DNA of 64,000 nucleotides from contig CM120643.1 of NCBI GenBank assembly GCA_051362555.1, forward strand, positions 16,310,848 to 16,374,847, read 5' to 3'. Under the pieces are notes generated by a model. It ran no database searches and had not been told where the DNA came from. It worked only from the letters and a program-made list of their open reading frames with translations. Both the position numbers and the translations under genes were made by a program. The first letter of the stretch is position 1, and each line of letters begins with the position of its first letter. The DNA is from Lingula anatina. Its lineage: Eukaryota > Animalia > Brachiopoda. Positions 1 through 11,574 of the stretch are shown here, piece after piece.

Positions 1-155
1 TTTGGACATGTCCAACATGCTCCGTACGTGCTTACGGGCTGTCTGTGAACTCGAAATTGCGTAAGAAGGACTTGCGTGAGACGTGAGATTTTGCGCAAAA
101 TTTGGACGCAAATAGCCCGTAAGAGCCTGTACAGCCGTTTGTGACCGAGGCTTAA
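1..155. mobile_element. Right end of a probable DNA transposon/MITE interrupting the transposase-like exon (possibly PIF/Harbinger-type)
   Basis: GC-richer block ending ...GTGACCGAGGC-TTAA at the point where the minus-strand exon (240->156) loses similarity to the expected protein. The other end lies outside the window. Confidence 0.35.
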
Positions 156-292
156 CTGGATTTACCCTAAACAGGACCTTGACCAGCTAAGCCTGATCAT
201 GGGGAGGCAGCGTGTTCTGCCATCCCTTAGGGAGGGTCACCTGACAAGAAAAAAATAAAGATTTTATATATTTAGCAATTAATATTGTTTTT

Positions 293-297
<5 letters not shown>

Positions 298-337
<40 letters not shown>
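298..337. repeat. (TG)n microsatellite
   Basis: Direct reading. Confidence 0.95.
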
Positions 338-340
<3 letters not shown>

Positions 341-869
341 GAAATCTGTGAATGCAAAGCTATGAATTAAAAAATCTCTTCCATATACTTTTCAAAGATA
401 ATTTTGTATGCTTATTGACCTCTGTTTCTGTTTCTATCTGGGATGCCGACGCATGTAAATCCCTCGTGGTGGTGGAAATAGCTGATGCTAAAAATGATGA
501 TAATAATAATAATAATTAAAATATATATATCTTTGGCATCAAGGATGTCACACATGTATCATTAAAACAAATTAAATAATAAAAGCAGCTCAGCACAGTC
601 TTTAGCATCCTAAACTACCAATTTTCAATCCAATTACAGGCAGAATATGTATACACAGTACTGTATCATAAAGATTATAATATTCAAAACAGCTTGCAAG
701 GAGACTGCTTTCTATCAAAATTAAATTAATCAGCAATACATACATGTTGACTGTGGCTCTGGAATTTCCAGCATTTCCTCATCAGTCACCTCTTGTTCTA
801 CAAAATTAAATAATACAAATAAATGAATAAATATTAACAATATTCAAGTGAAACAATGTTTAAAATCTT

Positions 870-2640
870 TAGTCCGGTGGCTTAAGGAAAAAATCGTGAC
901 ACAGCGGATAAAAGCACCAAATTTGGCATGTAGTTGCCTTTTGACATTCTAAATCAAATTAGAGCCGTAGCCCTCTCAAAAAATCCAAAATGGCCGCCAA
1001 TTTATGGAATTCTATAGAAATATGTACATACCTATGTTGATTTTTATCAAATAAATTATTATTTTCTCAGAGTTTTCCACACCTTTATTACCCATTTTAT
1101 TCATATATGTCAGATAGCAAACAAGTTCCCTTGGACTTTTTGAAAAAATCCAAGATGGCTGTCATATGCCATAGAAACAGCCATAGGAATACTAGTGCAC
1201 AACTAATACCAGCTAGAAAGATACGTTGTCCACTATCAAATTAAGTTTGTTTCCTAGATTTTTGTTACCCACATAACATGTTTGTGGTGATTAACTACGA
1301 GGTGTTCTTGGGCATTTTGGAAAATCCAAGACGGCTGTCATGTGCCACAGGAATTCTAGTATACGGGGGTATTCAACTAATGGGAACTGCAAAGATTAAT
1401 TTTCCACTATCAAATTTAGTTTGTTTCTGAGTGTTTTCCACATCCTTTCCACCAACACAGTATGTATGTGGTGAGTAACTAACATGTATTCTTGGGCATT
1501 TTGAGAAAATCTAAGATGGCCGCCATATGTCATAGGAATACTTCTAGTATTACAAAGGGTTGGAACTAATGCCAGCAAGGAAAAACATAATTCACTATCA
1601 AATTCAGTTTATTTTTTTCAGTGTTTTACATATTATTATTACACTGTGATAAATATCTAGCAGGTAATAAATGTGCATATTTGATCATTTTGAGAAAATC
1701 CAAGGTGGCCGTCATTGGCCATAGGAATACTACTGGAATTACAACTGCACATCCATGGCTTTTCATCTACTACCAGGGTGAAATTGTGTTTATCAAGTTT
1801 TGCCCATCCTTATTAGTCCTATGATATACATATCTGGTGGGTAAATACATGTAGTGTGCATCCTTGGATATTCTGAGAAAATCCAAGATAGCTACAATTT
1901 GACATAGGAATACTAATGGGTTTCAATTGCTGCTAGAGAGGCATATGGTTCATTATTCAATTACATTACCATGGGCTTGTTTTAAAAATAATTTATGTTT
2001 TTCATTCCATTAATTATTACCACTATGATGTAAACCTGGTCTGTAGCATGTATGTATCTTTGGGTATTCTGAAAAAATTCAAGATGTCTGCCTTTTGTCA
2101 TAAGAATAGTTGTACACATAATCAAATAATGCCAGAGATACACTCAGTACAATTTAAATGCAGTTAACTTTAGATCGTTTTTATCCTATCAATCCTGATG
2201 AAAGACTGTGTGTGTGTAGAAAGTGTATGTATCCTTGAGTACCATTCGGAGAAAACCCAAGATAGCTGCCAGTTGTCAATTAATGGAACAGTTCAGACAT
2301 TGATTCCAACATGAAATGAAGCCATTTGATGTATAAACATGTTGACATCCTTATTAACCTTACTCAGAGTTACTCTATATAAATCTGGTGTGTAGCAAGT
2401 GTACATCTTGCGTATTTGAGAAAGTTCAAGATTGCTGCAATTCACAATAGGAATAGTACAGTCACCTACTGCCAGAGAAACATTGGGTTCAATATAAAAT
2501 GAATTTTGTCTTTTGGTATTTCCCACATTATTTTTGGACTTTGAGATATCTATCTGATGGGTAACAAGTGTGTACCCTTAAGTATTTTGACAAAATGATC
2601 AAATATGGACATTAATTACCTAACAGATATGTATCATGGG

Positions 2641-2683
<43 letters not shown>

Positions 2684-3421
2684 CAGAAAACAACTGAATT
2701 TAGCTTCATTTTATATGGAAGCCTATCTCTCGCAGGTATTAACTGAACCCCACCTTCTATGGCTAATGGCAGCCATTTTGTTTTGTTTTGTTTTCAAATA
2801 GGATACACATAACATTCTCATCACATATATATATTATGTGGATTAAAAATACTCAGAAACAAACCTAATTTATCAATTAATATTATATCTCCATGGCAGA
2901 AGCCCTATGTGTATTTTAGTATTCCTTTGATATGGCGGCCATCTTGGATTTTTCTCGAAATGCCTGAGAATAAAAGTTAGTTACTCACCACAAATATATG
3001 ATTTGTGTAATAAGGCAATCAGAAACAAAGTTAATTATACAGATAGTGGTCAATGCATCTTCCTAGTTGGCATTAGTTGAAAACCCTTGTACATGTTCTA
3101 GTATTCCTATGCCATACAGTGGCCATCTTGGATTTTTCAAAAAGTCCAAGGACACTCGTTTGTTATCTGACATATATGCATAATATGGGTAATAAGGACG
3201 TGGAAAACATTGAGAAAATACTTTATTTGATAAAAATCAACATAGGTATGTATATATTTCAAAATTTCACAAATTGGCGGCCATTTTGGATTTTTTGGCC
3301 AAACGGTAAATTACGGCTCTAAATTGATTTAGTATGTCAAAAGGTACCCACATGCAAAATTTGGTGCTTTTAACCGCCGTGTCACGATTAGGCCATCTTT
3401 TTGCCCTAAGCCACCGGACTA
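870..3421. mobile_element. Non-autonomous DNA transposon with long TIRs, Academ-like, foldback structure
   Basis: TAGTCCGGTGGCTTA at 870 and TAAGCCACCGGACTA ending at 3421. Inverted similarity extends over several hundred bp. 3-bp TSD CTT (867-869, 3422-3424). Internal ~165-195 bp subrepeats carry CAAGATGGC/AAAATGGC. TAG termini with a 3-4 bp TSD fit Academ. Confidence 0.85.
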
Positions 3422-3721
3422 CTTTATTTATCACAATAGGTGTTATTGGGAGATTATTATTTCACACATAAGAATATCTGCCTATTTACAGAGCTTACTT
3501 AATAATAGAAAAATGTTGGCTCATATCAAAATAATTTTTATAATTTTAAATGTTACCTTCTACAATGTTTGGGATATCAAGGCGTGGCAGCTTCACAACC
3601 CCTGGGTCAACTGCTGCACGCCTCTTCAGCTGCTCTTCTTTTTTCAATTTAATTGCCTCTTTTCCCTCAGGAAAGGATTCCATGTATTCCTAAAGAAATT
3701 GATTCAGAGTTTAAAATGCTG

Positions 3722-3989
3722 ATATGATGTTGTTAATATAATATGAAAAATTAATCATTACCATCATATAGAGTTCTAAAATGTTACAGGCCATATACAC
3801 CTCATTTTCACATAATAAAAATTATACACAATATCTCACTAAACATATCCTCATTATATGATGTTGTTAATATAATATGAAAAATTAATCATTACCATCA
3901 TATAGAGTTCTAAAATGTTACAGGCCATATACACCTCATTTTCACATAATAAAAATTATACACAATATCTCACTAAACATATCCTCATT
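3722..3989. repeat. Perfect 134-bp tandem duplication
   Basis: ATATGATGTTGTTAATATAATATG...CATATCCTCATT occurs at 3722-3855 and 3856-3989. Confidence 0.9.
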
Positions 3990-4044
3990 TAAATCAATCA
4001 AAGACAAATAAACAAATGCAAAAAAAAATTTCAATTTTCAGAAC

Positions 4045-4730
4045 AGAGGAGCTCAAATATAACAAACATGCACAAGCCATTTCAAATAGAATTTGAAAAT
4101 TTTAAATCAATAACATAAGGAAAAAGATGTACTACATATGGGCCTATAGTTCACCCCCCCTCCAAATTATCATTATAATAAATTTGATAAAGTTTCGAAA
4201 ACTGGGGTGGAAAACCTGCAGCCCAGAGAAGCTGAAATATAACTTAACATGCACAAGCCATTTACAAAATAGAATTTGAAAACTGAAAACCAATAACATA
4301 AGGAAACAGATGTACTACATATGGGCCTATAGTTCACCCCCCCCCCCCCTCTCCAAATTATCATTATAATTAATTTGATAAAGTTTCGAAAACTGGGGTG
4401 GAAAACCTGCAGCCCAGAGAAGCTCAAATATAACTAAATATGCACAAGCCATTCACTTAATAGCCCAGCAGGCACACAACGTTGATTCAACATTGAATCA
4501 ACGTTGAATTTATGTTGAGACGTTGATAAACGTTGAATCAACGTTGTGTGCCTGCTGGGAGAATTGGAAAATTTTAACTCAATAACATGAGGAAAGAGAT
4601 CTACTACATACAGCTCACTCCCCCCCCCCTAAATTATCATTATTATTAATTTGATTTTTTTAAAAACATGCTGTATAGAGTAGCTATAACTAAACATGCA
4701 CAAGCCATTCACTTAATAGAATTCAAAAAA
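4045..4730. repeat. Degenerate tandem array, ~180-190 bp unit, 4 copies
   Basis: The anchor ATGCACAAGCCATT recurs near 4068, 4248, 4440 and 4696, with shared poly-C tracts and AAATTATCATTAT. Confidence 0.85.
4464..4559. mobile_element. 96-bp palindromic MITE, EnSpm/CACTA-like (CCCAG termini)
   Basis: TIRs CCCAGCAGGCACACAACGTTGATTCAAC / GTTGAATCAACGTTGTGTGCCTGCTGGG. 2-bp TSD AG. The empty site CACTTAATAGAATT is seen in the next repeat unit (~4710). Confidence 0.85.
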
Positions 4731-5440
4731 TAAAAAGTAATAACAAATAGGAAATAATAAACAAAATAAAAAATAGTAAAAAAATTACAACACTCACTGT
4801 CAATCTGAACTGAGTGAGGTGAATATAGTAAGGGGGTAATTTAACAAGGGAACATCACACTAAATGGATGTTTAAACAAGGAAGCAAAGCTGTCAAATGT
4901 ACAGACAAAAAACAGAAAATAAAGATGCAAAAAAGGTCATTTTGTTAATTTTGATGCAATAATAAATAATGCTTATAATAGCACTGTCAGTCAACACTGA
5001 ATTTTATAATCATGCACAACAGGTAAAATGGTCAATAACATGAGCGGACCCAGAGATATTCTCTGACAGTATTCCAAAGTATCTATTTTGATCCATCCTC
5101 CATTTTGATGGTCTTCCAACAGAAGAAAAAATAGATACCAGGCAATATAAACTTAATAACCTGACTGTCTTCCGGAAGTCCCAGAAGATGGTCTCAATCT
5201 ACCCTTTCAATAAGATTACAGTTTCAATGAGAGTTCAAATTCACATGATGTAAGTCTCAATATTTGAAAAATGATGACAGTGCATAAAATAATATTACAT
5301 AAGTAACATAATGTTTAAAGACTTAAAAAACAATACAACTGCTTATGTGGAAAAACAGAAATGTCAGAGTCTCAGGCGGATGAGAGTTTAAAGTCACAAA
5401 TGCAAGTGTTTGAGAAAAAATTATAAAGGAAAACATAACA

Positions 5441-5627
5441 AAACTAGAAAAGCACTCCGAGAGTGCAGACCTCTGCCAAGGTAGCAATTGTTGATTATTA
5501 TTGATTTTTGTCCTCTTTGGCCCACTTCTGACAGTTCCTGAAAATTTCAGCAAAATCGGTCCATAACTTTTTGAGATATGTTGATGACAAACAGGGGTGA
5601 AAATATAACCTCCTTGGCAGAGGTAAA
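5441..5627. mobile_element. Short HINE/Helentron-like element nested in the larger one
   Basis: Starts ACTAGAAAAGCACTCCGAGAGTGCAG. Subterminal inverted repeat ACCTCTGCCAAGG (5469-5481) / CCTTGGCAGAGGT (5612-5624), with a terminal hairpin ACCTC...GAGGT. Confidence 0.65.
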
Positions 5628-8219
5628 TATAATTCCAATGAAGCTGCTATTCAAACTTTTAATCTTTAAGTTTGATATATATATATTAAAAACTAATTTG
5701 CAATATTAAACAAAATTTACCTGCATAATTATCACTGCTTCCTTATTATTAATCTAGCAGAGAGCTTAACCTATGGGAGTTTACAGGGAAATATCAACAA
5801 GTGTGCTTTATGTAATCTCAAATCACAAGTGTGCTTTATGTAGCCTATCAATTAGGCAAATTACTTTATAACTGAAATTAGCGAAGTGATACCCAAGGGA
5901 AATTTATAGACTGACCCTCTCAAAGGTCTTTCAGGCCCATAAGTCACAACTTAAGAAGAGCACAAAACAATAATGCACAAAATAGGAGACTACCACTTCT
6001 GATGCAATAATACATTATGTTTAACTGCACAGTCAACATCAAATTTTAATTTTGCACAACAGGTAACTCCGATGAAAGTAAAAGCATAAGGCTTCAGGCC
6101 CATCAGAGTTCAAGTTTATACTTAGAAAGTGCCAGAATGAGAAAAATGAAATTTCACACAAAATTGCATTAAATTCAATAATAAATGATAACCCAATTGA
6201 CCTGGCTTTCTAATTTGAACTGCATGCCAATCCTAAAAATCATACTCTTAAGTTAAATATAATAATAAATAACACAGTTTTCTTTTCATAATGTTTGCAG
6301 TAGCAGTGCAAAAAGATTATTGTCAATTTTGATGTAACATTACATAATAAATTATAGAATAATTATCACCAATTTTTGATTATTGACTATAAATAGCATG
6401 AACATGTAGAAAATTTGATTACCATCCGGCTTCATGTCCATGGGAGCTCAGAGTCTCACAATGAATATGCCAAAAAGATAATGAATATTTCACTAAAATG
6501 TATAACTTCCAGAAAAAGAAGCCCATTAAACTGCTTTTCCAACTTGGGCTGCATTTTAGTCCTGTGTTTCTTTTTTGAAAGTTTGACAATCATAAGTAAC
6601 ACGGTTTTCCCATCATGGTCATCATGGCAGATGTGGATGATTGAATCTGACAAACTGCAATGATATGAGTTTATTTCCGTTTTGGACACTTGATTACACA
6701 ATACATGATAACAAGTTTACCATCATTTTTACATAATCAACTAACAATGTTGTAAAGATGCAGGAAATATCAAACACACACTTTTACGTATCTTATTAGT
6801 TCAATAATGAGACTGTTAACATGCCTAAGAATTGAATCTGAGGAAATTTGAAAAAACAGTACAACTTCTAAAATAATGGCCCGATAACACTGATTTTCGA
6901 ACTCAACCTGCATTTTTGAAAGATTGACCACTCCTGTGAGTATAATGACAATTGGCTAAGCCGTTTTTCTTATATTGTGTTATTAATGTTGCATATATGT
7001 TGAAAAAAGTGAAAAAACAGCATTAAAAAATTCAAAGAAAATGTAAAATAAAACATAACAAAAAATACCAATAAAGCTGCTATTCAAACTTTTAATCTAG
7101 CTGTACAATTACTAACATGATATGAATAACCCTATTGAGTTTGAGAATAATAAGGCACTGTTATTCATCTTTAGCATTAATGTAAGCATTACACAAAATT
7201 TTTTTTGTAAACTTATTTTCCATATTAAATAACATTTACCTGCATAATAATCATCGATTCCTAATTATGTGACACAGTTAAGAAAGCTAAACTGATGGGA
7301 CTTTACAAAGAAATCTCAATGTGTGTTTATGTAATCTCATTTAATACCCACTTGAAAATTAATTAAGCAAATTATTTTATAACCCTGAAATAACTTGAAG
7401 ATCAATTAAGCAAATTATTTTATAACCCTGAATTAACTGCCTACTATCCATATACATTTATTGCACCAAATAGCACTGTACTGCATTGCTTTCAAAACAG
7501 AAAACAATTACGATGGTTTTCCAACACAAGCTGCACTTCACTCTTTTCAGTAAGGTTGATTATCATAAGTAACATGGTTTTCCCTTAATCGCTATCCTGG
7601 CAGCAGTGTCCAAAATAGGGTTTTCTTTAACTTTCATGCAATATAACATAATACTTAACAGCATAATGACCATCAAATTTTTTATAAAAAAATAAAAGTA
7701 TCATGGATATTCAGAAAATGTGATATGGAAAGGTCTCCAAGGACATGGAAGTTAGGGTCACACTTTCAAAATGCCAAAATGTTAACAAGAGATAACTGTA
7801 CTGAAATGATTTTCTTTCCATTTTCAACACCTTTTTTACATAAAACCATCATCAATTAACTGTCATTTTTAAATGATCAACTAGGAAAATTGTTGACATA
7901 GGAAAAATATCAATAGAACAATTTATAATGTCCAATTAGCTCCATTTGGAGATTCTGAACATAGTGAATGATTGAATCTGACGAACTGCAATGATGAGTT
8001 CCTTTCCATTTTTGATACTTTATTAAACAATGCAGGATAATAGGTTTACCGTCATTTTTATATAATCAACTAACAATATTGTTAAGAAGCAGAAAATGTT
8101 AAAACAACACTTTAACATATCCAATTAGTACCGTTATGAGACTGTTAACATGCTTAAGAATTAAATCTGAAGAAAAACCACTTATATACAAAAAGGCTAA
8201 TAACTTCATCAAAACTTAA

Positions 8220-9480
8220 CTGATCAAGCTTATTTTCAAACTTGATCTATATACGGGTCAGATTGATCACTCCTGTGAGTTGCAAGACAAAAGGCTGATT
8301 GGTTTTCCTTAAAATGCGTTATCAGTGTTGCATGTATGCTGAATAAAGGGAAAAAAACAGCATTACTTTTGTAAAAATAGTCCAATCATGCCAATTTTCA
8401 AACTTGACCTGCGTATAATAAATATTCACCAGTTCTGTAAATTTCAATCCAAGGAAAGGAAAAACATTTTTACACTTATCATGTTATCGGTGTTATAAAA
8501 GTGCTGAAAAAATTGAAAAAAAAAAACAAAAAAAAAAAACAGGATAACTTCCATAAAAATTGCCCGATCTTGCTGATTTTCAAACTTGACCTGCGTATTA
8601 TGAATATTCATTAGTTCTGTAAGTTCCAAGCCAAATGAAAAAACTGTTTTCCACTTATTGTGTTATCAGTGCTGCATATATGCTGAAAAAAGTGAAAAAA
8701 CAGCATAAATTCCCTAACAATAATCGAATCATGCTGATTTTCGAACTTGACTTGCGTATTATGAATATTTATCAGTTCTGCAAGTTTCAAGCCAAAAGGT
8801 AAATTGGTTTTCCACTTATGGTGTTATCGGTGCTGCATATATGCTGGAAAAAAAGTGAAAAAACAGCATAAATTCCCTAAAAATGACCCAATCATGCTGA
8901 TTTTCGAACTTGACCTGTGTATTATAAATATTAATCAGTTTTGTAAGTTTCAAGCCAAAAGGTAGAATGGTTTTCCACTTATCGTGTTATCGGGGTTGCA
9001 TATATGCTGAAAAAAGTGAAAAAACAGCATAAATTCCCTAAAAATGACCTGATCATGCTGATTTTCGAACTTGACCTGCGTATTAAGAATTTTCATCAGT
9101 TCTGTAAGTTTCAAGCCAAAAGGTAAAATGGTTTTCCACTTACTGTGTTATCGGTGCTGCATATATGCTGAAAAAATGAAAAAACAGCATAAATTCCCTA
9201 AAAATGGCCCAATCATGCCGATTTTCGAACTTGACCTGCATATTATGAATATTCATCAGTTCTGTAAGTTTCAAGTCAAAAGGTACAATGGTTTTCCACT
9301 TATCGTGTTATCGGTGCTGCATATATGTTGAAAAAAGTGAAAAAACAGCATAAATTCCCTAAGAGTGACCCGATCATGCTGATTTTCGAACTTGACCTGC
9401 GTATTATGAATATTCATCAGTTCTGCAAGTTTCAAATCAAAAGGCAAAATGGTTTTCCACTTATCGTGTTATCGGTAAAA
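8220..9480. repeat. Tandem satellite-like array, ~161-bp monomer, ~8 copies
   Basis: The anchor AACTTGAC(C)TG occurs at ~8401, 8583, 8744, 8907, 9068, 9228 and 9389, with degenerate copies near 8238 and 6900. Confidence 0.92.
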
Positions 9481-9485
9481 GTGCA

Positions 9486-9537
9486 CGGCGACGGCGACGA
9501 CGGCGACGACGGCGACAGCGACGACGGCGACGGCGAC
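9486..9537. repeat. (GACGGC/GAC)n microsatellite
   Basis: CGGCGACGGCGACGACGGCGAC... lies directly after the satellite array. Confidence 0.9.
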
Positions 9538-9978
9538 AACAGACGCAGATGATGGCTATATGTACAGACACATCTGTGTCTGTACATAAAAAATGATATT
9601 CTACTTTCACTTGACCAGTGTTAATATGGATATCAGTAAATATTGGTATTGTTGATACCCCCCCTCCCCCCGCTTTTAGGCTACCGTAACCGTAAACAGC
9701 ACAAGTGCAAATGATTTTAATAATATCTCCTTTCGATGTACGCATGTACCTATGTGAAAATACATATATTCTATTTTTTCTATCCTTACCTTCTGCATAT
9801 CGCAGCACATAAACACGCACGCACACACTACCCTAAGCTGTCAGTGGGAGCCCCCCCTCCCGAAAGCCCCTGCCCACTCTAAAAATCGCCGTAACTTTTG
9901 ATATTCGCTTGTTTACGCAATTTTCGAGTACGAATCGCAATGTTACCTAATTTTTCTATCGAATGAGATCGACTTACC

Positions 9979-10200
9979 TTGAGATCGTCCTCTTGTTTAA
10001 CTGCACGGCCCGCCAAAAGTTGCGAAGCGAGAAAAAGCGTCCACCATTACCATAGTCGGGCTGTGTCATGACGGGAAACGAGGTCGAGGCCGGTTGTCAG
10101 AATTGGAACGTAGGGGGCACCTGATTGGTCAATCAGCGAAGAGACGTGATTGGCCGAGAGGGGTTCCAATTTGGCTCCGATTTGCCTGGCCAATAAGAGC
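9979..10200 (-). promoter_or_regulatory. Putative promoter and non-coding first exon of the transposase-like gene
   Basis: CpG-rich island with several CCAAT/ATTGG words (10080-10195) and a strong minus-strand donor AG|GTAAGT at ~9978, oriented toward the exons at 3689-156. Confidence 0.4.
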
Positions 10201-10252
10201 ACATGAAAAACTTTTGCCGGAAAAGTATTTTAAATGCCGTTCTTGTTCACCC

Positions 10253-11570
10253 ATAATTTCCAACGCATGAAAGCTGAATAATAACCCTTGACTGCATTGG
10301 ATGACCGACTTTCAGATAAAAAAACCCCAGCAAACAATGTCATTTTACAAGCCAAGTTGTCAGGAAGCTCATAAATGTCGTCCTAATCAGCCAGGGGCAC
10401 AAACTAATCACCCACACCGCCCCAATGAACAGTAAATGCATCAGTGCCCGTTGCACCTGGAGTCCAATATTTAGAATAAGAAATGATAATTTACTGTTAT
10501 GATCGGAGGCAAAAAAAATCAATCTCACACGGAACCCAGACTGATTCTAAATAATTAAAAATACAATCGGCCACCGCACAATCATCATAGTCTACTAATC
10601 TGATCTGCACATAAATTTTCACTACGTGGAATCCATTCAGCGTATAGTTACGCCATTTGCCAAACACAATTCAAAAATAAGCGCAGTGTCTTGCAAAGTA
10701 CAACTCGTACTACCCCTTTAAATAATATTGACAACCAATTGTTGGCAGAATACCATTTAATAGATTTGCCCTGAAGGAATGGAAAAAAGGACGAAAAACC
10801 TTTTACGGCTACAAGCTCTTCCCGTGTTGAACTACAGTTTATTTCATTACTATCCCACATTCCATGCGAAATGGAATTTCCACCATGTAACCACCATAAC
10901 CAGTGCCACTAGCGTCACTGTAAATGACAGAATGTGCAGCTTGATCAGTAATAAAATTCCTCACCAAAATCTTGTATAGGCTACATCAGATTTCCAAAAA
11001 TCAATTTGTTTCATACTGTCTCTACTAAAAATAATTTGTTCATTCCAACACTGGACTTCAGTAATATCAAAACTCAGACATTTTGTCATAATATAAACCG
11101 TATTGCTAGTAACAAAACACGTAGAAATGATCTGACATACTAAACTAGCAACTAAACGGACAGGAACGTCTCTTCTAAACAAAGAACAGATATTCATAAT
11201 AGTCTGACGAATTTTCAGAAGTCTGTAATCAGGAATACATAAAGTGCTTTTCTCTAAATTCATATTATACCCTAAAAATAAAATCTTAACACTATGAGAC
11301 CACATTGATTTTTCAACTTTACGAGCAAACCCGCTATAGATAAGATATTGGTTAATTTCTAAAACAATATTATTATATTCACTGTACTGTGCATGACAAC
11401 GAGAGCCATCATCCAAATACATGACCACTTGTCTGCCCTTTCCTAGGCACTTTTTAACCAGCGGCCTAGTCACTTTAGTAAAAATGTAACATAAGACCAA
11501 AAGTCATAACTTTTAATTTTTTAAAAAATTGTAGTATTTCCAAATTATAAAGAAAAACCTAGCCAGGACA
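10253..11570 (-). mobile_element. DIRS-like retrotransposon, decayed: RT C-terminus, RNase H, MT-like domain, start of tyrosine recombinase
   Basis: RT: KVMTFGL..CYIFTKVTRPLVK...MYLDDG...VEKSMW...FLG. RNase H: SDASGTGYGG and SSTREEL...KSIKWY. MT-like: IDFFASDHNSKL...WTPGATGTDAFTVHWG. YR-like start: SSNAVKGYYSAFMRWK. Many frameshifts and stops. Confidence 0.85.
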
Positions 11571-11574
11571 TTGG

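Larger units (their letters stand above)
156..3689 (-). pseudogene. Spliced transposase-like pseudogene (N-terminal region of a DUF6729-type putative DNA transposase)
   Basis: Four GT-AG exons, 3689-3557, 797-744, 487-420 and 240-156, splice in frame (phases 1,1,0): EYMESFPEGKEAIKLKKEEQLKRRAAVDPGVVKLPRLDIPNIVE/EQEVTDEEMLEIPEPQST/SSAISTTTRDLHASASQIETETE/VTLPKGWQNTLPPHDQA*LVKVLFR. There is an in-frame TAG at 187-189 where TGG (Trp) would be expected. The family call comes from remembered motifs (EY..SFPE..EA; LP.GW..TLP..Q.W....LF). Confidence 0.6.
4874..9592. mobile_element. Helentron/HINE-like (pearl/Cg_HINE-type) non-autonomous element carrying a satellite core
   Basis: The left end AAACAAG is followed by ATGTACAGACA (4897-4907). 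The right end has a 161-bp array, a (GACGGC/GAC)n microsatellite, and a perfect 14-bp hairpin TATGTACAGACACA-TC-TGTGTCTGTACATA (9559-9588) containing the same word, then an A-run. Confidence 0.65.

Noticed and set aside
5040-5240. Candidate missing exon of the transposase-like gene
   Set aside because: No convincing splice sites or expected motif on the minus strand, and it lies inside the HINE-like element.
8220-9480. Regularly spaced repeats as a CRISPR array
   Set aside because: The whole 161-bp unit repeats with no unique spacers, the context is eukaryotic, and no cas genes are present.
9071-9826. ORFs 9071-9331, 9325-9552 and 9461-9826 (poly-D/G, poly-R)
   Set aside because: These are translations of the satellite and the GAC microsatellite.
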